From Rhizaria sp. SCN 62-66 (lineage: Eukaryota), in assembly GCA_001724265.1 (NCBI GenBank), contig MEDY01000076.1, forward strand, positions 1 through 64,000: DNA of 64,000 nt, written 5' to 3'. The translations under genes were made by a program, and so were the position numbers. Each line of letters starts with the position of its first letter. The first letter of the stretch is position 1. This document shows, one piece after another, positions 12,301 to 27,300 of this stretch. The notes beneath the pieces were generated by a model, which was given only the letters and a program-made list of their open reading frames with translations, ran no database searches and was not told where the DNA came from.

Positions 12301-15300
12301 CGGCGCCCGACTCGCCAGTGCGCCTGCTCGTGAACCCCGCGAGCACGGTGCAGGGCTCGCCGCTGGGCCGTCTGGCCGACGTGCTGGCGCGTGTTGACGA
12401 TCTCTCGCACGTGTTCGTGTGGGGCATCCCGCCCGCTGAGCTCGACATCACCAGCCTGGTATACGGCCACTCCGCTGGCGTCGACGCCGACGCGCCGCTC
12501 GCGAAGCTCTTCGCCTCGCACACGGCTCCCGACGCGCGCCCGGATCTTCCCCTCGCGGCCGACGCTGACGCCGACAGTAGCGGTGATAGCGAGAACGACC
12601 GCGAGAACGACATCAACGGCGACGCGATTGTCGTGATCCTGCTATCTTCGCGCATCATCATCGACACCATCTGGCTGCCGCGGCTCAACATCACCCTCGT
12701 TGCCAAGACGGACCGCGCGAACCGGACGCGGTTCCACATCCGCGAGTACAGCGACTACTACATCAGCGACGTGCGCTCCCCGGCGCTCGCCGTGCTGTGC
12801 ATGGGTATCCCGCACGGCATCCTGCTGCAGACGGCGCACAACTCGTTCGCGATCCTTGTCCCGACGCACCGCGTGGTGCGCATGCTGCCGCGCTCGCGCC
12901 CGCTCAACACGGATCTGGGCCAGCTTCGCGGCTGCTGGGCCTGGGAGCGCATGGTCGCGGCCGGCGGCGCGCGGTTCTATCTCTACCCGGTGCACCCGGC
13001 GCAGACACACCTGACGCTGCCCACGGGACTCGGCGCCGGCCCGCTTCTGTATCTGCTCCTGCTGCGGCTGCTGCACCGCGTCTACGGCGAGGCGTTCGAG
13101 CTCGCCAAGGCGCTCACGAGCACGGACACGGCGCTGAGCACCGAGGAGACGTACATGCTGCAGCAGATCGAGTGCTCGATGGGCGACCAGCACCCCGACG
13201 CGCTCGCCGTGCGGCTCAAGGTCGTGGTCTCGCTCAAACACACCAACACTCACCATGGCTGGACGCTGCGTTTCGCGCATGGGCACTCGCACTACGACAC
13301 GACGTGGTACTCGACGCTCAAGGAACTGGGCGACTACTCATCCAAGGCGCACATCGCGTCCGCGCGGTGCACGCTGTCCGTAGACGACATCTCCTGGCTC
13401 GGTGATTACAACAACACGCACTTCATCCCGGGCGTGCCCGCGACCGAGCCACCCGGCGCGGCGGACCAGTTCCTCGGCCTCACTGCGCGCTCGCACAAGC
13501 CGCTGGACGGGAACCTGCACCTGGGCGTGCGCGGCGACGTGCGCCACGCACCCACGCGCGCGCACTTGGACGGTTGGGTGTATGACTACGTCCCCGAGAG
13601 CGAACTCAAGGCCAAGGGCTTTGCCACGGTAAACCGCTGCAAGTCGAGCGACAAGAGCGCCGCGAAGTTCTCTGGCCGCATTGTGCGCCGGCGGCTTAAC
13701 CTGGGCCAGTCCCCGTTCATTCGCCTGCAGAACGTGACGATCGACGACGTGTGCACGCAGAGCAACAACGGCCGCCACTGGATCCCGCTCACGACGCCGC
13801 TGGTGGTGCCGACCGCAGACGCCGCGCGCGAACACACTCTACCAATGCAGGTAAGTACCCCCTTAGCCATGGAACAGTACCTCGGTCTTAGGGCGTCTTC
13901 GGAGGACATCAGCTCGCGCCTCCCGCGCTGCCTGCCGCTGCGCACCGACAAGAACTGCAACGCAATTGCCGATGACTATATAGAAGACGACATTGGTGAC
14001 CTGTTCGATATGCTTGACTGTATGGTCTGTGACGATGATGACGTGGACGCGTTCCTTGAGGAGTGTCTCACGAAGAACCACAACAAGAGCCGCAACCACC
14101 GCGGCCACATGCAAAACTGCAAGGCGAATCAGCACAACTACTTCACCGGTGACTCCAACGCGGTGCCCGCCGGTCTGCAGCCGTATCTCAGCACGGGGCT
14201 CTCGAGCGTCGAGTCCAACATCAGCAGCGTGCTCTACTACCCCGCGCGCTCGCTGGGCGAGCTCGAGACGCCTCTCCTCTCGCACGTGTCTTACACCGGC
14301 CGCTCGGTCGAGCGCGCGCATTTCTCGCGCTTCGCGCTCCCGCCCGCGGCATTCGCCAGCTACTCGTTCCTGGACCTGTACGGCGAGACGGACCACCAGA
14401 CCGATGCGGACTTCGCCGGGTCCCCCGACGACGCGTGCGCGAGCGACTGGCTGTCGCACCGCGGCGCGATCGCGGCCCCGCTGCCGGTGCGCCTGCGCCG
14501 CGACCGCACGCGCGCGACGATCAAGATCCGCCTCCCCACGGAGCGCTACTGCACGCTCGACGTGGTGCACCACTCGGTGTACAAGATCTCCCGCACGACG
14601 GCGCCCGTCGACGCCGCGTCCGAGAAGGCAGAGCGCGCGCGCATCGCGGCGCAGGCGCGCGATGATGAGTATCAAGAGGAGAAGCGCGCGCGCAGGAAGG
14701 CGCGGGTTGCGAGGAAACTCAAGCTGCTGGCTGTGAAACGCGCTGCGTCGCACGGGGCTGGCGTGACTGCCAACGACACCGAGTCCTCCGCTGACGGCGA
14801 AGAGAGCAAGACCATCAAGAGCAAGGACGACGACCCGAACTGCGTCGACGTGTTGACCGAGAGTGACTTCGAGAGCGATAGCGAAGACGGCGACTCGTAC
14901 GACGAAGACGGCGGCGACGACGGTGACGACGGCGCCGGCGGCACTGATGCCGGCGGCGGTGACGGCGAGGAGGAGACGAGCGACGAGACGCGTGCCAAGA
15001 TCGCCAGCATGGGCTCGTGGCAGGCAACGCTTATCTACTCGCGACCGGTCGCAGCGTCGCTGATCGGGCCCAAGGCCATGGAGCTCGTGTACAAGGCGTG
15101 CAACGACAACCTCGCCGGCCACACCATGATGATGGGGCTGATGAGTCTTATCGAGCTGCTGCAGGGCACCTTTAGCCTCGGCATCAAGCGCGAAGACGTC
15201 GCCAAGGCCTCGGGCCGGGTGAACGGCAAGTCCAAGCCCAACCTGACTGCGGCGGCGGCCAAGCTGCCTTCTGCGACTGCGCCGACAGTCGTCGGTGCCC

Positions 15301-18300
15301 CTGATGCCGTCGCAGACGCAGACGCGGACTCTGACGCCGAGGCGGACGGCGCAGGTGATGAGAGTGCTCACAGTCGCAGCGAGAACGAGAGTCTCGCCCA
15401 CGATGACGACGACAACGACGGTGGCGACGATAGTGAGAGTGCCAACGGCTCTGACGGTGAGGCAAGTGTTGCTGAAGACGACAAGGCCACAGCCGCCGCT
15501 GCCACTGTGAAGGGCAAGTCTAAGGGCAAGGCACCCGCTGGTGGCAAGAAGAAGGCTGCTCGCAAGGGTGCCAAGTCCGCCACCAAGGCCAAGAGCTCGA
15601 AGGCTGGCTCGAAGGGCGGCAAGAAGGGCGTTAAGAAGCCCGCGAAGAAGGCCGCGGCCGGTGCCAAGTCGGGCAAGGGTGCTGCTGCTATTACCTCAGA
15701 GGCAAAGTACCTCTCGACGCGCACAAGCCGCGGCGTCACGATGTCGCGCGAGTCAGTCACGTTTGCGGAGCTGATGCTGCGGATGGCGGCGCCGATCGAG
15801 GAGAACGATGACTTCGAGGACACCATCGCGCCGCTCACGCTGCTCTCCGTCGCCATTGCGCAGGCCTGGGAGAGTGTGAGCGACGCCGAGGCCGCTCAGG
15901 AGCGCGCCAAGGCCGTGGCCGAGATCATGGCTGCGAATCCGAAGCTTTCGCACAAGGAGGCCGAGGACCGGTACAGTGTCGATCGCGCCGTTGCCGAGGA
16001 AGCCGCCGCCAAGGCCAAGCTCGACAAGAGCAAGGACAGCAAGGACTCGGACAGCAAGGACTCGGACAGCAAGACGGGCTCTTCCGCGGCGGACGCGTTC
16101 CTCGCCAGCATCGCGCTGCCGACCCTCAACACCAGCGCCGAGTCGGTCGCAGCCAAGACTAGGGCCGCGCTGATGGAGCTGCCGTTCGTCTTCGGCGAGC
16201 GGCCGCTTCGGTATAAGAAGGTATCGGCGGCTTTGCTGCACGGTCTCAGCCTCAAGAGCAACCGCAACGGCGGCGACGCCGACGACCAGGAGGACTCGCC
16301 GATCCAGCTCTTCCGCCGCCGCCTCAAGACCGCGTTGCGCCGCGCGCGCACGATCACCCGCAAGCTCAAGAACTGGGAGCTGCAGGCGTTTGACAACAAG
16401 ATGCTGCAGTACGGCATGTGTTCGTTCCGCAAGTTCAAAGAACTGCCGCAGGACCGTCTGCGCAACGTGCAGTTCATCGCCACGGGCGCCGCCGAGATGC
16501 CGCTGTGTCTCGCGGGCAGCGCGGAGGAAGTCGAGCTGTTGCTCTCGCAACCGCTGTTCGAGGCCGATCTAAGTACCCACTTAGCCATCCCGCTCCTCTA
16601 CAGCGGCGGCGCTGCAACCGCCACTGCCGGCGCTGATGCGAGCAACTTGAGCGGGCTCTCGGCTGAGTCGCTCGCCGAGCTGTCGGCGCTGGGCATGCTC
16701 GAGAACCACCCCACCGTGGCGACCTCTGCTCCGGCGCGCGCGATGCTGTGCCGCATCAAGCAGGACCTGCTCATGGTCAACTCCACCGCGGCCTCGGCGG
16801 CCTCCGCGCCGACGCTGCCCGAGGTCTCCAGCCTGCTGGCGGCCGCCCACGCCGCGCTTGCCGCCGGCGACGGCGACGGCGCGGCCGTGGAGGCAGGGCT
16901 CGGCGCGCAGGCGCTGGCGCGGCTGTCGGCGCTTACGGTCTCGCTCCGCGGGCTGCTGCGCAAGGACGTTGCGTTCGCAGACCAGGCGCAGCGGCTCTCG
17001 CTCTGGGCCGCCAACGCGGTCCCGCTCCGCATGCTTCCCAACGCAAACAGCAGCGGAAGCTCCACTGCGCGAGCGCATGCGAGTGCAAACGCGAGCGCGA
17101 GTGCTGCTGCTGCGTTCGGCTACCTTGCGGGCGCCCCGGCGGTGCTGCAGTCGCCGCTGTCCCCGCCGGCGCTGCTCCCGTCGCCGACGCTGCTGCGCGG
17201 CGCGTCCGTTGTCAAGTCGTCGGCCGCGGCCGTCGCGCTGTCCGCGAGCGACATCGTGCGTGCGCTCACGCTCACGCGCCAGCTCTCCGCGGGCGCGCAG
17301 ACGCCTAAGGCCGCGGCCGGCGACGGCGGCGCGCACCCGGGCGACGCCGCCGCGGGCGTCACTGCGACGGATGAGGCTGGAAACAGCATAGCCGCACAGA
17401 TCGCGCGCGGCGCCGGTCTGGCCGAGCGCGCGGCCGGGTTGGGCGTGCTGCCGTCGCCGCAGCAGCTCTTCGCTCAGGCCGTCCACTTCGTTCAGAGCCT
17501 CAGCGCTGGCGAAAACGCAAACTGTGCTGACAGCTGCTCTGTGTTGTCGCTGGGCGCTGGCGTCAGTGGCCGCGAGGCCGTGGACCGCGCCTTCGAGCAC
17601 TTCGGTCGCGAGATGCGCGTGATCGGCCCGGACTACGTCGAGAACAACGAGAAGGTGTACCGCAACAACGCGGCGCGTGCGATCGCGAGCGTGCTCTTCC
17701 CGCATGTCAAGAAGGCGTACGCCAACGCTGTTGCTACTGTCGGTATGAGCAACGCCGCTGCCAATTTGGCCAAGATCTCTGATGTCGCGGCCTCCGAGGC
17801 CGAGGCTGGCGCCGTACTCTCCGCTTCCTTCGACGAGGAGGAGCAGAAGCAGAACGACGACAACAGCGGCGACGGCACCAAGGCAGCTCCCGCCGCCTCT
17901 GAGACTAAGACGACTGCGGCGGCTACTGCCAAGAGCGAGAGCGACGCCGTGCTGAACAAGCTCGCCGCGACCGTGACCGAGACCATGGGCACGCAGAAGT
18001 GGTTCACGACGCACGCGCGCTCTACCCGGGCACCCGCGCCCGCGCTGCTGCCCTCCGCGGCCTACAGGCTCCCGCTCGCCGCTGTCAAGGACAGTGCGCA
18101 GTCGGAGACCACCGTGGTGCCGCAGCAGCAGTGGAGCCCGCGCGAGCTGCTGACCCAGGCCATGCACCTGCCTGCGCCCGCGCTGCCGCCGTTCCGCGTC
18201 ACTTCGGTGACGGCGATCCGCGCCATGTCCTACCTGCCTGCGCTCGAGTCGGCGCGCTTCCTGCAAAACCCGAACACGGCCAACAGCACGCCCGACGCCA

Positions 18301-21300
18301 ACTTCGCCGCGCCCACAGAGAACCAGTTCCCGCTCCCGCGCACCCACGCCAACCACGACGCGCTCCACCTGCTGCTGACGGCCGACGCCACCGCGGCCTT
18401 CGCCGCCGCGACGGCGCCCGCAGTAGGCGACGCGGTCAAGCACGACGTGCCGCCGCCCGAGGCGCAGTTCACCGCCAACCAGATCCGCGGACTGCTCTCC
18501 ACCGCCGTGCTCATCGACAACGCCAAGCGCGCGGCGCGCAGCGCGCTGCTTGCCGCTGTCGCCGCCAAGGACACCGCCGCGGCGGTCGCGGCCGCGCGCC
18601 AGCTCGCCGCGGCCACGCGCGCCCGCGCCGCGCACCGCGCGCAGGTGGCCGTGCTGCTGCGCGCGCTTAAAGCCCGCGCGACGGTGCTCGTGCGTGCGCG
18701 CGTGGCGGCGCGTGACGCGCGCGTGTGGCGCTGCGTCGAGGCCTTCGCGCCTGTCGTCGCCGCGTTCCACGTGCGCGCCATCGCCGAGGGCGCCGAGGCG
18801 CACCGCCGCGCGTTTGTGCTGGGCCGGTACGTCGAAGAGCTGCCGTTCATCACGCAGGACAAGGTGCTGCAGTCGAGCATGTCGCTTACGGCGGCGCGTC
18901 CGGGCGCAGATTCGCTGGTGCTGCTGAACCCCTTCACGGCGCACTGCGATTCGAGTCTCCCGCTGTCGCCGGAGTACGCGCGTACGGCCGCTGCGATGCA
19001 CGTGCTGCGCGTGTCGCGCATCTCGCTCGCGCACAAGGCGCTCAACGCCACGCGCGGGCTCGCCAAGGCCATCCTCGACGCCGGGCTCGCGCAGCTCTCG
19101 GCCAGCGCAGCCAAGGCGAACGCGTGCATCGGCCGCAACAGCAGCTCCAGCAACATGCCGCTGCTGCAGTCGCGCCTCACGACGGTCAGCACAAGCGCGG
19201 GCTCCTACCGCAGCGGCGGCGGCGGCGCGTCTGCCGCGGCGGCCGCTCTCGGCGTCAGCGCTGCCGACCTGCTGACGCTGTCGCACCGGCTGTCGTCGCT
19301 GTGCACGCTGCTCATGACGGGCCGCTTCCACGCCAACACGGTCCCCGACGCGCCGCAGCGCACCGTGTGCTTCGACCCGCGCTTCTTGGCGTTCGAGCAC
19401 GCCGCCGGCATCGTCCTGCACAAGGGCCAGGTCGGCCTCGTGCGCGCTCTTCTGGGCGCCGACGAGAACGTGCCTCTGCCGACTCTCGCGACCCGCATCA
19501 CCGATGCTGACGCGAGCGCTGAGAGGAACGCATCTAAGCCCAACGTCACTGCGACTGCGGCTACCAAGTACGTGTCTTTAGGCGCTCCGAAGCTCGCCGC
19601 GCGCCCCAACGCCGCGGCGCGGTACGCGGCCCGCTTCGTGGGTGTCGCCGCCAAGGCCGCCGGCGTCCCGCTCTCGGTCGCGGACATCAACAACCTGACG
19701 AGCGCGAGCCCGTTGATCGCGGCGCTGGGTGGCGACTGCGTGCGTGTGGCCGACGTGCCGTGCTTCGCCAACCCCGAGGACGCGGCCGATCAGTGCGCGT
19801 TCGCCGGCGTGTCGCCCAGCTTCACCGCGAACCTGGGGCTGTACGGCAACATGGTCGAGGGCCAGGCGCGCGCGCTCGCCGGTTCGCGCCCGCGGCTGCC
19901 TGCGCCCGTGGCGATGATTCCCACCGCGGTCGTCTCGCTCGAGAACGCGCCGCCGCAGGGCGCGTCGCGCGTGCATCAGATGATCATGGGCGCTGGCAAG
20001 ACCACGGTGGTCGGTCCGCTGCTGATGCTCATCGTGACGGGTCCGCAGCAGGCGTACCGCGAGCCCAACAGCGACGCGCGCATCGAGCAGCACAACGTGG
20101 CCTACTGCGTCACGCCCTCTGCGCTCGTACCCATGACCCTGTCCGTGCTACGTGGCTGTTTGTCGTCGTCGTTTAACATCCCCGTCTTCTTGATGGATTT
20201 CCAGCGCGACATGGGCGGCTTCTGCGGCACGGGCAGCTCCGGCGAGCCCAGCATCCTGAAGCCGCTGAGCCGCATCGAAGCCCGCCTCGACGCCGTGTCG
20301 CCGGGCCTCTCGCACGACTTCATCGACGGACTCGAGACGGCGTTCAGCGGCGACGACAGCATGCGCACGACGGTGTCCGACTTCAGCCGCGTGTTCCGCG
20401 CGCTCGACAAGGCCAACGACACGTCGCGCGCGAGCGACACGCAGATGGGCGGCAACGGCGGCGTTCACTACAACAACCGCGGCGGCGACGAACAGGCCGG
20501 CGACGGTAAGTACGCCGTCACGACCATGTACCTCGACGTCATGGACGTGTTTGCTAATTACTTGAACGACAAGCCCATGCTGACGTCGCGCCGGTCCGTT
20601 GGCCAAACGCATGCGCACGTTGATAGTCTGGTGCACATGTCGACGCCCTACGCGGCGCTGTGCGGCAAGGTCGAGTCCGCGGCCATCCAGGGCGGCGTCA
20701 TGGTCGCCTCTGACACTGCGGTCAAGTCGATGCTGCTCAAGGCCGTCGAACTTACGGGACTCATGGCCGAGGCCGTGATGGACATGGTGGCGCGCCTCAA
20801 CATCTCCCACATGGACCGTTCCACGCCCAGCAGCAGCGGTGTAACGGCGGACTACAGTCACAAGGAGCGCGACGCTGACGGCAGCGGCAGCGGCAAGAAT
20901 AACGCAGCCAAAGCCGGCGACGACGTCACGGGCGGCGACTTCGTGAACCGTCCCATTGGCGCGCCGGGCAGTCTGGCTCGCTTCGCCGGCGAGCAGCGCT
21001 ACACACTCCGCGACGCGCTCAAGGCGCTCGCCAACGCCGTCAAGGACGCACCCGTGCGCGGCGGCCGCACGCCGATTGCAGCGCCGCAGCTGTTTGCCCG
21101 CGTGTGCGAGCGCGACAACGCTAACCGTGCGCAAACCTCGGAGCAGAACAAAGAGGCCATCACCATCAGCGCCGACGCGTCGTGGCTGCTCATGCGCCGC
21201 TTCCCGGCCTCTGCGCTCAAGCTGCAGTCGCTGGCGAACGCACACGTGCAGCTCTGCACGGCCATCACGCAGCTGCGCGAGAGCACGCTGGTGTTGGATG

Positions 21301-24300
21301 AGGTCGACGTGCTGACGCACCCGCTTAAGTCCGAGCTTAACTTCCCCATGGGCCCCAAGACGGCGCTGGAGCCGGCGCCGCTGCGCTGGCTTGTCCCCAT
21401 CGTCATCTACGCCGGGCTGCTCACCGTCACCACGGGCGCGCCCGACGCCGAGACGGGGCGCTGGCGCGTCGACTGCCCCGCCGCCGCGGCGCTGTCGCAG
21501 TCGGCCGCGGGGCAGAAGGCGCTGCAGGCCATGGCACGCGTCATGGCGCAGGCCGTGGCCGCGGGCGCGGTGGTGCTGCAGCCGCACGTCACCGTTGTCG
21601 ACGGCAACGTTTACCACGACAAGGTCAAGGAGACTGTTGCGCGCTGGATCACACTGTTCCTGCTGCTGCGCGGCGTCGCTGCGGTCGCTGTTGACGATGA
21701 CGACGATGAGAGTAAGGAGAACACTGACGCCGCTTGCGCCAACACGGCCAATGCGAGCACCGAGGAGCTCGTGTTTAAGTACCTCACTGCCGAGTCCGTC
21801 TCAGTGATGCCCGACGACGTCGACGCCGACACAGCCGCCATTTTCACCGCCAACACGGCGACCGCGGAGAACACGGTCATGCACCGCGGCCGCAGTGCGT
21901 TTGTGGGCGATATGGTGCAGAAGCGCTTCGCCCCCGACCACATCGCGCTGCTCAACCTCACGCGCGACTGGCTGCAGGTACGTAAAATTTGACGCATATA
22001 GACCATCCTTATCTCGACAGCTGTAATTGTATTTCACTCCTAAATTTCAGTCTATAACTCGAAACTTCGCCCATATGAGCTTACTTAATGTCATTATTAC
22101 TGGTTTTTTTGTGTGTTTTGTAGGACTTCTTGCCGCACACTCTTGGCAAGATCAACCGCGTCACTTACGGTTTGCTGACGCCCGAGTACATCGCGGCGCA
22201 CCCGCAGCAGACGCACACGCGCCTGCACTCGGCCGTGCCGTACTCCGGCAAGGACGCCCCCACCGCGGCCAGCGAGTTCGCACACCCCGATATTCTCGCC
22301 GGCCTCACCGTTCTCGCCTACCGCCACCAAGTATGTTCGATCGGCAATATACCCTTCAACTTACGCAATCAAAATCTGAATCTCGAGTGTTTTATTCATT
22401 TGTGTTTAAGTCGTCGTCTTTTGTCAACGTCGTGTTTCCTTCCAATCACTCACAAATTCTACTCTCTATCGTGTTTTGTTTCTTTCACTCTTCCTAGGGT
22501 CTGCGTCGCGCCGACCTGCGCGGCCTGCTCGCGCAGATGAAGCTGTCTCTAAGCCAGGAGGCCGGCCCGTCGCACCAGCGGCCGACCTTCGTGCGCTTCC
22601 AGTCCTGGCTCACCGGCGCGCTATCATATTCCAGCAGCAGCGCTACCAGTTCGGCCAGTGCGGCCAGCGCGGCCAATGCGAGCGCCGCGACCAACACCAC
22701 GGCTGCTGCTGCGCGCGCGGCCCAGCTGCAGCAGCAGCAGCTGCAGCGCTTCAGCGGTCTTGACCTGGTTTCGCTGCAGCTCAACGACCCGACGCACGTG
22801 ACGACGATCCACACGCTGCTGTCTCGCTACCCGCCCGTGATCGAGCACTTTTTGCTCACGCAGATCTTCCCGCTCGTCATGAAGCGCCAGGACCGCAACC
22901 TCACGGCCACGGGCTACGACCTCGCCTCCCGCGCCTTGGCGCGGCGCCGCGTGGGTTTCTCGGGCACACCGTCCAACTCGCTGCCCGCGGGGCTGGGCGC
23001 CCAGTGCCACTTCGAGCACGGCAGCGAGGGCGGCGTGCTCCGCACTCTCGCGCGCGCTGAAACGGCTTCGCTGCATTGCCTGCCCGCAGGCTGGCGGCCG
23101 CTCTCGTTGCTGGCCACCGTCGCGCGCGCCTCGGGGCCCGTGTTCCACGCGCTCATCGACACGGGCGCGCTCGTCACCGGGTTCACCAACGAGGAGGCCG
23201 CGAACCAGCTTCTTAACCTCGGGCTGCCGCACGTCGACGGTGTCGTTTTCCTCGGCAAGGACTCGCGCCCCATGGTCGTCATGCGTCACCGCAGCGAGAT
23301 CACCGCGCTCACGCTCGCGCGCGACGCCTCCAGCGCCGACGGCGGTGCTAGCGCCGCCAACGGCACTGCCGGCGCTGGCGCTGGCGCTGGCTCGAGCACG
23401 ACGCCGTTGTCGCGCGCCGACAGCGAGAGCGCCGCCGCCGCCGCCGCCGCGGGCGCTGCGGGCGGCGCGAGCAAGCTGGCGGTGCCGCGCCGCAAGCGCG
23501 CCGTGATCCCCCTTGCCCAGTGCGGTCTGCCCGCCGAGCGGCGCTTCACCTTCTACGACCAGGTGCACACGGTCGGCATCGACATCAGCCAGGCGCCCAA
23601 CGCCGTCGCCGCCGTGACCGTGGGCAAGGACATGGTGCTACGTGACTACTCGCAGGGCGCGTACCGTATGCGTGGGCTCAAGAGCGGACAGCGTATCGTG
23701 ACGATGCTCCCGCCTGAGGTCGGCAGGCTCGTCTCGGCCGCGGTCACCACGGCCAAGACTATGACCGCCACCGCGCGCGCTGTCGCGGCCATCAACAAGA
23801 CCGCGTCCGACGCCAACGCTCACACGGCGAACGCGGACGTCGGCGGCTTGACTTTGAGCACCGCCGAGAGCAACGACGACGACAGCGGCGCCGCCGCGGT
23901 GACCGCGCTGTCCCCGCTGGGCGTGATCATGTGGCTGTTGACCAACGCGGCGCGCGCCGAGCAGCGTCAGTTCTTGCGCCACTGCTCTCTGCGCGCGCGC
24001 GAGACGTCCCGCGCGCTGGCGTTGCGGCGGCTGACGATCTCGCAGAACGAGCCGCTGCAGTCGCTGCTCAACGCACCCACCGCGCTGCTGGCGCCGATCC
24101 TCAACGACATCCCGATCCTTGACTCGCGTTTCGAGTCGTGCTACGCACTGGCGACGCGCACGCCGCACTTCACCGAGCGGCTGCGCACCGAGATGGCCTT
24201 GGCGGGCGCGCTCGACGTGTTTGTGCACTCGGCGGGCGACTTGCGCGTGGTCAACACGTTCCAGCGCAAGGTGGGCGTAATGATGCGCAACCGGCAGCGG

Positions 24301-27300
24301 CAGCTCACAGGGATGCGCTTCAAGGAGAACATCGACGAGCTGCCGGTGTTCGGCGGCGAGAAAAAGGCTGCGCTGCAGTCGCGCATGAGCGACATGCGCG
24401 AGCCCTTCAGCAGCCCCGCGCCCTTCAGCGTCGTCGCACAGCTCGTCTTCGTGCACTTGTCGCCCGCAGACTCTCGCGGCGACATGCGGCGCCACTTCGC
24501 GACCGAGAGCGCGCGGCCCACGCAGTTCCGCCCGCTCTGGTGGATGGACTTCGATGATTTGCTTGAGCTGCTGCAGCAGCCGCTCACGCACGCGCTCAGG
24601 AACAGCGTCCCGAAGGCGGACATGCACTACGCCAAGGCCGCCGCCGCCGCAACTGCCAAGTCCAAGCCCAGCACTGCATGCGACGGTGACGCTTCGACGA
24701 AGCTTGGCACCAGCGGTGCTGCGCAGTCGCAGGCGCAGTCGCACTCTCAGACTGCGGAGTTCAAGGTTCCCACCACGGGTCCGCTTGACGTGTCACACAT
24801 CCACTTCCTCAGCATGGGCGGCTCCACGGGCCTCACCCGCGCCGACAATCTGCGCCCCGGTCTCGTCGCGCGGCTTAACTTCGAGCTCCGCACGCTGCCG
24901 TGGCGCGGACTGGGCATCGCGTTCCCGAGCAAGTCCGATGTCGAGATCTCGATGAATCTGTCGCGTGTGTTCGAGCGCATCGCCGGCGACTACAACAGCG
25001 CGCAGCAGGCGCTCAACGAAGACGCGCGCGTCGTCATCGCCACGGCCACCGCGGCCGCCGCGGCGACTGCGGCCGCGACGGGCGCCGCCGTGACGGAGAG
25101 CGAGCTCTCCGACGCGGCCCGCTCCGCCGCCGCCGCCGCCGCCGCCGCCGCGACGGCCGCGGCGGGCGCGCTGGAGCAGGAGATGGTCACCGAGCAGGAA
25201 GTCGAGATCGAGGTCGAGACGGACGTCGCCGAGGAGGCGCGCAGCGGCATGTACCAGCTGGGCGCCGGCGACGACCGCTCGGCCGAGTGCGTGTGGTCCA
25301 TGGCGCACCTGCTGCTGCCGCCTACGCAGACGGCCGCCGTGCTGGCGCGCCTCCGCGCGGAGGCGCAGGCGCGCGCCGCAGCGCTGGGCGACGACACCGG
25401 CAAGCGCTCCGGGCTGCTCTCCTGGTTCTTCCCCTCCAAGAGCAGCAGCAGCAGCAGCAGTGGCAACGCGCTTGCGATCGCGGGCGGGGCGAACGCGGCA
25501 TGCAGTGCGCTCGCGCCGTCCCCCGCGTTCGCCGAGGTGCTGTCGGCGTACGGCCGCAACCTGCAGACGCGCGACGCAGCCCGCACCAAGGTGGTCGCCA
25601 CACAGGGCCCCACGGTGGCGCCTAAGTCTGACTGGATGAGCTCCGACCCGCAGGCGATGCTGATGGAGCTCTTTGCCTGGTTCCCGCCCGAGCTCAACGA
25701 CCGCGTGCGCGCAGAGATCTCCGAGTGTCTGGAGAAGCTGCGCATGGGTGTGTTCATCGACGACAAGAAGCTGCGCTACCAGGCCATCGTCGTCGTTGTC
25801 GTCAACGCCATGAATGGCGCCCCCATCACCAAGAACAACATCCTCGACCTCGCCAAGGTAATGGCCGCGATTGTCGAGGTCGAGGCCACCACGGGCAAGC
25901 CTTTCGACCCCAAGTCGCCCGAGGCGGAGCGCGTGCACGCCATGACGCGCGGCGACGGCGGGCGTGGAGGGCCTGCCGACGGCGGCAACAGCGCCGCGGC
26001 CCGCGCACGTGCTGCCGCGCTCGCGCGCGTGCGTGCCGCGGCCAAGAGCGGCAACGGCGCGTGGGTGCGACCCGCGCTACGCGGTGTCACGTGGACTGAC
26101 GCACTGCTTTCCTCGCTCAACAGCCCCTTCGCGCCCGCGGGGCTCGCGCTCGCCCCCCTCGGCAGCGCCGCCGCCGCGGCATCTGCGCACCACCACAAGA
26201 AGGCGCAGGCCTCCGTGGCCAGCGAGGTCGAAGGCTGCTGCGACGCGACTGCGCTGCCGCCGTCGATGCTCGTGTCGACGCTGTTTGACCCCAGCGCGAC
26301 CGAGACAGCCGCCGCGGCGCCGCTGCAGGCGACGCTGCGCGCGCCCGTCCAGGTCTTCCTTGAGTGGCACATCATCACCAGCAGCAGCAACACTAACGCT
26401 CAGGTTGCTGCTTGCGACAAGAGCAGCAAGAAGGCCGCCGACGCTGGCAAGAGTGAGACCGCAGTGGTTATTGCCGGCCACCAGCAGCAACAGCAGCATC
26501 AACACAAGAGGATCGCCAACGGCGCCGGCGTCGGCGTGTTCGGCGAGCTCGCATGCACGCCCGTCACCGTGGCCGCAACCGCCGCCGCCGACGCGGCCCG
26601 CGCGATCATCCTGGCCGCCGCGACCGCGACGGCAACAGCGAACGGTGCCGCGGGCTCCAACTGTGACGACTTTGCGCTGAGCCGCGACGTCAGCGACCAG
26701 ATCGAAGCCCTCGGCGTCGCGGGCATCAGCGCCCCGCGCGGCACCGTCACCGCACTGCTCAGGGCCGCCGGGCTCACGCGCGAGGCCGCTCTGCTCACCG
26801 CCGGCGCCAACGCGGGCGAGAAGGTGACGACCTACGCGGAGGTTGCCGCGGCTCTTCGCGACAGTGACAACGCCGTCTGGCACGCGACGTCGCCTGCGAC
26901 GAACAGCACGACTGCGAACGCGCCGATTATCTCGTCATACCTGGTGCCTGTCACCCTGGCCGAGGCGGCGAGTATCCGCAAGGCGATCCACTCTGGCGGC
27001 TTAACTTCCCTCCTCGCCACGGTCACCCAGAGCCAGTGCAGCAGCGGCAGCGAAGTCACGCCCGCGCTGGGCGTCGTGGTGCAGATCCGCGTCGCCGACC
27101 TGTCCAACGACTCCAACGGCCTTGGTCCCGTTATCGACTCGTGGATTTCCCACAACAGCAACAGCAACCGCAGCGACACGAGCGCCGTGAGCGCGGTCTC
27201 TGCCCTCGCCGCTGTGCCGCGCGCTCCCACGGCAAGCGACGAGACGACGGCGGCGGTTCTTCTGCAGTTAGCTCTCAACTACAGCAGCCACCCGCAGGCG

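Noticed and set aside
13851-13891. CAG|GTAAGT donor-like site inside the giant ORF
   Set aside because: The nearby AG acceptors give 16- or 41-nt introns that would shift the frame. The ORF is open through the site, and it does not match this genome's GTACGY donors or AT-rich introns.
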